The notes below the pieces were generated by a model. That model saw only the letters and a program-made list of their open reading frames with translations. It made no database searches and was not told the origin of the DNA. The position numbers and the translations under genes were made by a program. Positions 28,281-32,000 of a stretch of DNA of 32,000 nucleotides are shown here, one piece after another. Position 1 is the first letter of the stretch. Each line of letters starts with the position of its first letter. Origin of the DNA: Candidatus Baldrarchaeum yapensis (lineage in GTDB: Archaea; Asgardarchaeota; Baldrarchaeia; Baldrarchaeales; Baldrarchaeaceae); NCBI GenBank assembly GCA_016840465.1, contig JAEOSH010000001.1, positions 60,001-92,000 of the forward strand. The letters run 5' to 3'.

Positions 28281-28405
28281 TGGCGCCGGGGGCGGGATTC
28301 GAACCCGCGCGGCCTCAGGGGCCACGGGCTTTCCACCCGTGGCATAATTAGCAGGCGTAAGCCCCCTATCGGGATCCGCTCCCTACCAGGCTAGGAGACC
28401 CCGGC
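28281..28405 (-). tRNA. tRNA-Ser(GCT) with two introns (29/30, 19 nt, 28357-28375; 37/38, 18 nt, 28331-28348); CCA encoded
   Basis: Removing both introns gives an 88-nt cloverleaf: GCCGGGG/CCCCGGC-G-CCA, anticodon arm CGGGC-CT-GCT-AA-GCCCG, long variable arm GGCC-CCTGA-GGCC, T arm GCGGG-TTCGAAT-CCCGC. Both introns form BHB-type junctions. Confidence 0.95.
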
Positions 28406-28419
28406 ACCATGTATCTAGT

Positions 28420-28742
28420 GCGGCTGCGGCCCCCTCGGGTGGATCCCTAGCCCCTCAACCGCTCTCTCCACCCGTGGACTCTGTCCCGCACCCCCATGAG
28501 CGCCGAACGTTCGGGGTTAGGTTGCTCCCTCCCGGGCCTGGCCAGGTTCCCCCGATAAAGGTCATCCGGCTCCCGCCTTCACGGGAGCGGTGACCACCGC
28601 CGGCCCCATGGGACGAGACTTCATCGACACGGATGGAGCGCGGCTGGGGGGCGTCGGGACCGCCCCTCGGGTTACTGGCCCCGCCATCAGCGGATTTGCG
28701 GTTACAGGGGACCGCTAGCCCCCCGGCCCTTCCCGCAGCCGC
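28420..28742 (-). ncRNA. ffs: Archaeal SRP (7S) RNA
   Basis: Terminal helix 1 GCGGCTGCGG/CCGCAGCCGC, Alu-domain CCCCTGTAACC (UGUNR), helix 6 GCTCCCG-T-GAAG-G-CGGGAGC (GNAR loop), helix 8 CCAGGCCC-GGGA-GGGAGCAACC. About 323 nt and very GC-rich. Confidence 0.96.
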
Positions 28743-28839
28743 AATATTATAATTGTAATGAACGGCTTATTAGTATTTCGTTAGGCAGTAATTTGTATGG
28801 AAGTATCATGTGTTGGTGGTGTCGTTGTTCTGGCCGTTC

Positions 28840-30090
28840 TCACGCTAGGAGCGTGTTTTTATGCCGCCAACCTTTAATTAGTGAGTTTAATTCCTCTAAA
28901 AACTTCCTTTTAAATTCAGGTGGTATGACGCCTGATGCCGCAACGGCGTGGCCGTCACCAAATCCTCCGACTTTTCTGCAAGCTTCTGCTATTAGATAAC
29001 TAAGTGGTGGTTTTTCTCCTCTTTCTATTCTTTCCTTGAGGTGGGGCGGGACTCTCGCTGATACTTTTAGATATTCCCTATTTAAGTTCCCAAATCCTGG
29101 AATTTCGGGTTTTAGCAGCATAAACCCAATGATATACTTATCCTTATGTATCCACCGTTTATAACTCAAATAGGAACAGAAGGTTCCTATTACCTTCGTG
29201 CCCATGTTCTTAAAAACGTCATTTGAGTCAAAATATTGAACTTCACCGAAGATTCTTAGCCCTCCCGACTTCAACCTAGTGATAAGAAGTTCATTTGCTT
29301 TTTTCCTCTTCAACTCAAGTTCATTCGCCTTTTTCAAGATTTCCTGTGGAAAGTCCTCGATACATGCTCTTATGCCCAATTCGGGCCCCCCCTGGTAGTA
29401 TCCGACGGATCCGAGTACTGTCAATTTTTTTGATAACTCCGTGTGAGCATAAGACCTTCCCCTCATTTGTATTAAGTAACGTTCTGTTGTCTTATGTCCT
29501 GATACCTTAACACGACCTGTAGATACCGCATCATTAAGCGCCATTCTGTTCAGCCCACGCATAACTCCAGGTATTTCGGCGCTACCGATTACTGCTAAGT
29601 GTGCACTTTCCAACATCTCCTTTACTAGGAATTTAGAAAAGAAATATGTGATCGTGGCCCCCGATACTTCTTTCTCTCCAGATATTCCCATAAGCTCCGG
29701 ATCAAGGTTAAGAACCAAAGGATCCTCGTAATCCATTGTATCATGATGATCAAGAATTATCACTAGATTCTTGCCTTCGTTATATTGTGATATCATACGA
29801 ACATGAGGCGCGCCGATATCGAGATAAAATATCACTTTTCGCTTGTATTCCGCTTCTAACTTCCTTACGACCTCAGGGAAGAATTTCTCGAGACATATTT
29901 TTCTTTCAACGTGGAATCCCTGCTTCTCTAAACATGATAACAGGATGGCAGCAGATGCGAGACCATCAGCATCATCATGAAACACCACTATGCATCCTTC
30001 ATTACCTCTTTCACGTACCAACTCACACACTTGCGACAATTTCCTAAACAGTTTATCGTATCTTTCACGTGACACCTTCTGTGCATTCAT
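28840..30090 (-). CDS. DHH/DHHA1 phosphoesterase, archaeal RecJ/GAN (Cdc45)-like
   Basis: HDDADG (motif I), LDIG (II), LDHH (III), EVSGA, and C-terminal DHHA1 GGFGDGHAVAASG. Starts 10 bp after the polB stop. Confidence 0.87.
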   Translation of the reverse strand: MNAQKVSRERYDKLFRKLSQVCELVRERGNEGCIVVFHDDADGLASAAILLSCLEKQGFHVERKICLEKFFPEVVRKLEAEYKRKVIFYLDIGAPHVRMISQYNEGKNLVIILDHHDTMDYEDPLVLNLDPELMGISGEKEVSGATITYFFSKFLVKEMLESAHLAVIGSAEIPGVMRGLNRMALNDAVSTGRVKVSGHKTTERYLIQMRGRSYAHTELSKKLTVLGSVGYYQGGPELGIRACIEDFPQEILKKANELELKRKKANELLITRLKSGGLRIFGEVQYFDSNDVFKNMGTKVIGTFCSYLSYKRWIHKDKYIIGFMLLKPEIPGFGNLNREYLKVSARVPPHLKERIERGEKPPLSYLIAEACRKVGGFGDGHAVAASGVIPPEFKRKFLEELNSLIKGWRHKNTLLA

Positions 30091-30100
30091 AAAATCACGC

Positions 30101-31999
30101 TCACTTCTTCATGAATTCAAACAATGAAACTTGCCTCTTTTTGGTCTTTAAACTCTTTTCGTCATACCCAAATGCCTTTAAGATCCTGAGAGCCGCTGGT
30201 ATTATTTGCTTTTCCACGTAATAGTTTATGTCTATATCGTCGTATGTTGCCATGTTGTACGGCATTACCTTTTCCGCGAGTTTTTCTCCGCCCTTTACAA
30301 CAACAAAACCTATTTTGCCTCCAACTTCTAAGAACCCCGTTGTTTCAAGTAGTTTCTTGGCGGCAACAACATGCGCTGCCTCCACTTTATACTCATCCAA
30401 CTTTTTGCCCAGAGTCTTCCATATTATCAATTTCTCATAAGGTATCTCTCGTCGCTCAAGCTTACTTATAACATCCCGAACATACTCTGCCGCACGAACG
30501 GGTGAGTTCTCTTTCAGTATAATTTCGAGAACTTTCTCTTGCACCTCTCTTGCTATCTCACTCCAGTCCCCGCGCACAACCTCCAGACCCACCACATCGA
30601 TCCTTCCATCCTCTAAGAGCCCAGCATAGCGTTTCTTCGCCTCCGTGAAGAAAATTCTTTTATAAAGCTTCTCTGGTTTTATATCGAGTCCAAATAGTTG
30701 TTCAACTTTCTGCTCGAACAGTTCTGCTTTTTTAGAGTCCATCTTTATGAATACACTATCCGTATCTCCATAGATGACTTCTAATCCCAAATCCTTCGCT
30801 ATCTTTATCGTCCGTCGAATTATTTCACGCCCCCAGGCTGTAGTAGCTTCTGCCACTGGCTTAATATACCATCGTGCACCAACCCATCCTGCATAGCCGT
30901 ATGTTGCATTCGCTATTACCTTTATAGCAAGTTGTCTGCTGTTGAGAATACGGTACTCCGGGCTTTCCGGATCCAAACTCTTCATTTCTTCTCTTATTGC
31001 CTTTCGTGCTTCTAAAAGCTTCTTTAATGCTTTCTTATATAATCCGGGAGGATGCTTCCTAAACCTGTGGCCCACCTCTGGTGCAACGAAGTACTCCTCG
31101 CCTTCCTTCACTTCCTCAGGGGGAACATACGTATCGGGGGATACGTTATAGTTTATCATGATATTAGGATATAACGCGCTAAAGTCGTAAACGATCACGT
31201 TTTCGTGAATCCCCATCTTCGGCTTTAAAACCAAACCGCCTTTGTATGGGACATGCTTTCTCTCAACTCTATTGGGAGCGAGTTCACCATCAAGATACGC
31301 ATGACGCATCAAGTGCCACTCAACTCTAAATCCCACAGAGGCCGAGAGCACTTGGTCGGGTGGGAGTCCAACGATTGATGACAATTGCATGACAAAAGAC
31401 AATATCTCTTCCGCTATTCCAAGTGTGCTAACGGCATCAGCCATCGCATATTCCAGAAGCGTCTTTCGCTTCTCCCGGTCATCCCAGTATTTTGAAATTT
31501 CAAGTTTGTTTATTATAACGCGTTCACTTTTCTTCATTACTCCCAAATACTCTGCAACGTTCTCGAGAGTTTTCACTTTGACCTCATACAACTCCTCAGC
31601 ATAGTCAAGTAAATCTATATTTGCTCTACCGGTCACAGATATATGCCCATAGGTGGAGGTATGCGGCTCGGAGAAATTTCTTCCAACGGAGAGCTTTATT
31701 CCTAAAGTCTTGCATCTCTCCATCAAATACGGCCAGTCAAATCTGTTAGAATTGTAACCAACTATTATATCCGGGTCAAACTCTTGGACATAAGATATGA
31801 ACTCTTTAAGCATATCCTTATCGTTATGGTCATCCGCTAAAAATTGCCTTTTATCTCCGGTGTTTGTGACAACGGAAATTATTATAACAGGGTCTTTCTC
31901 GGGATTTGGGGCACCTCTCGGGTTATAACACTCTATATCAAATGCCATTACCTTTAAATCCGGTATTTTTGTGTCTTCCACAGGTTTCGGTGGTCTCAA
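30101..31999 (-). CDS. polB: Family B DNA polymerase (PolB3-like), 5' end beyond the window
   Basis: ExoI FDIEC, ExoII YNSNRFD, ExoIII YAMAD, motif A DFSALYP, motif B KVIANATYGY, motif C YGDTDS, KKRYAG, C-terminal PIP box QVSLFEF. Confidence 0.97.
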   Translation of the reverse strand: MRPPKPVEDTKIPDLKVMAFDIECYNPRGAPNPEKDPVIIISVVTNTGDKRQFLADDHNDKDMLKEFISYVQEFDPDIIVGYNSNRFDWPYLMERCKTLGIKLSVGRNFSEPHTSTYGHISVTGRANIDLLDYAEELYEVKVKTLENVAEYLGVMKKSERVIINKLEISKYWDDREKRKTLLEYAMADAVSTLGIAEEILSFVMQLSSIVGLPPDQVLSASVGFRVEWHLMRHAYLDGELAPNRVERKHVPYKGGLVLKPKMGIHENVIVYDFSALYPNIMINYNVSPDTYVPPEEVKEGEEYFVAPEVGHRFRKHPPGLYKKALKKLLEARKAIREEMKSLDPESPEYRILNSRQLAIKVIANATYGYAGWVGARWYIKPVAEATTAWGREIIRRTIKIAKDLGLEVIYGDTDSVFIKMDSKKAELFEQKVEQLFGLDIKPEKLYKRIFFTEAKKRYAGLLEDGRIDVVGLEVVRGDWSEIAREVQEKVLEIILKENSPVRAAEYVRDVISKLERREIPYEKLIIWKTLGKKLDEYKVEAAHVVAAKKLLETTGFLEVGGKIGFVVVKGGEKLAEKVMPYNMATYDDIDINYYVEKQIIPAALRILKAFGYDEKSLKTKKRQVSLFEFMKK

Positions 32000-32000
32000 G

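Noticed and set aside
28281-28405. Assigning the tRNA as Leu or as a single-intron gene
   Set aside because: Only removal of both introns restores a 5-bp anticodon stem with a 7-nt loop (GCT); G73 and the long variable arm fit Ser.

Overview
Core-genome window from an anaerobic, probably thermophilic archaeon. The H4MPT C1 genes, PolB3-type polymerase, split A-type ATP synthase locus and non-canonical tRNA intron suggest a TACK/Asgard-type organism, but the lineage cannot be fixed from this window alone. Left to right: 5' part of an hdrA (runs off the left edge), tRNA-Val(CAC), a DUF2110-like gene and tfe, a FwdG-like ferredoxin, an hdrD-like/hdrA-like/mvhD operon divergent from fwdA-fwdC-mch, nrdH-nrdD (class III RNR), a convergent wHTH-ATP-cone-degenerate NrdD fusion, divergent pyrB and pyrI, atpF/A/B, trm56, mbf1, nac, atpD, a small 3-TM gene, an Ig-like repeat surface protein with a TadC/ArlJ-like membrane protein, tRNA-Ser(GCT) with two introns, SRP RNA, a DHH/RecJ-family nuclease and polB (5' end off the right edge). 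I saw no CRISPR array, transposase, integrase or intein. Best candidate for an undescribed system: the 712-aa wHTH + ATP-cone + catalytically dead class III RNR barrel. It is encoded behind pyrB and faces the real nrdD, and may be a nucleotide-sensing regulator built from a ribonucleotide reductase. A 36-codon stop/start-coupled ORF right after it carries a Gly-to-Lys version of the glycyl-radical loop. Second most striking: the doubly intron-interrupted tRNA-Ser, whose two BHB motifs compete and whose second intron contains a decoy helix. All family assignments come from motif recognition by eye, with no database searches.
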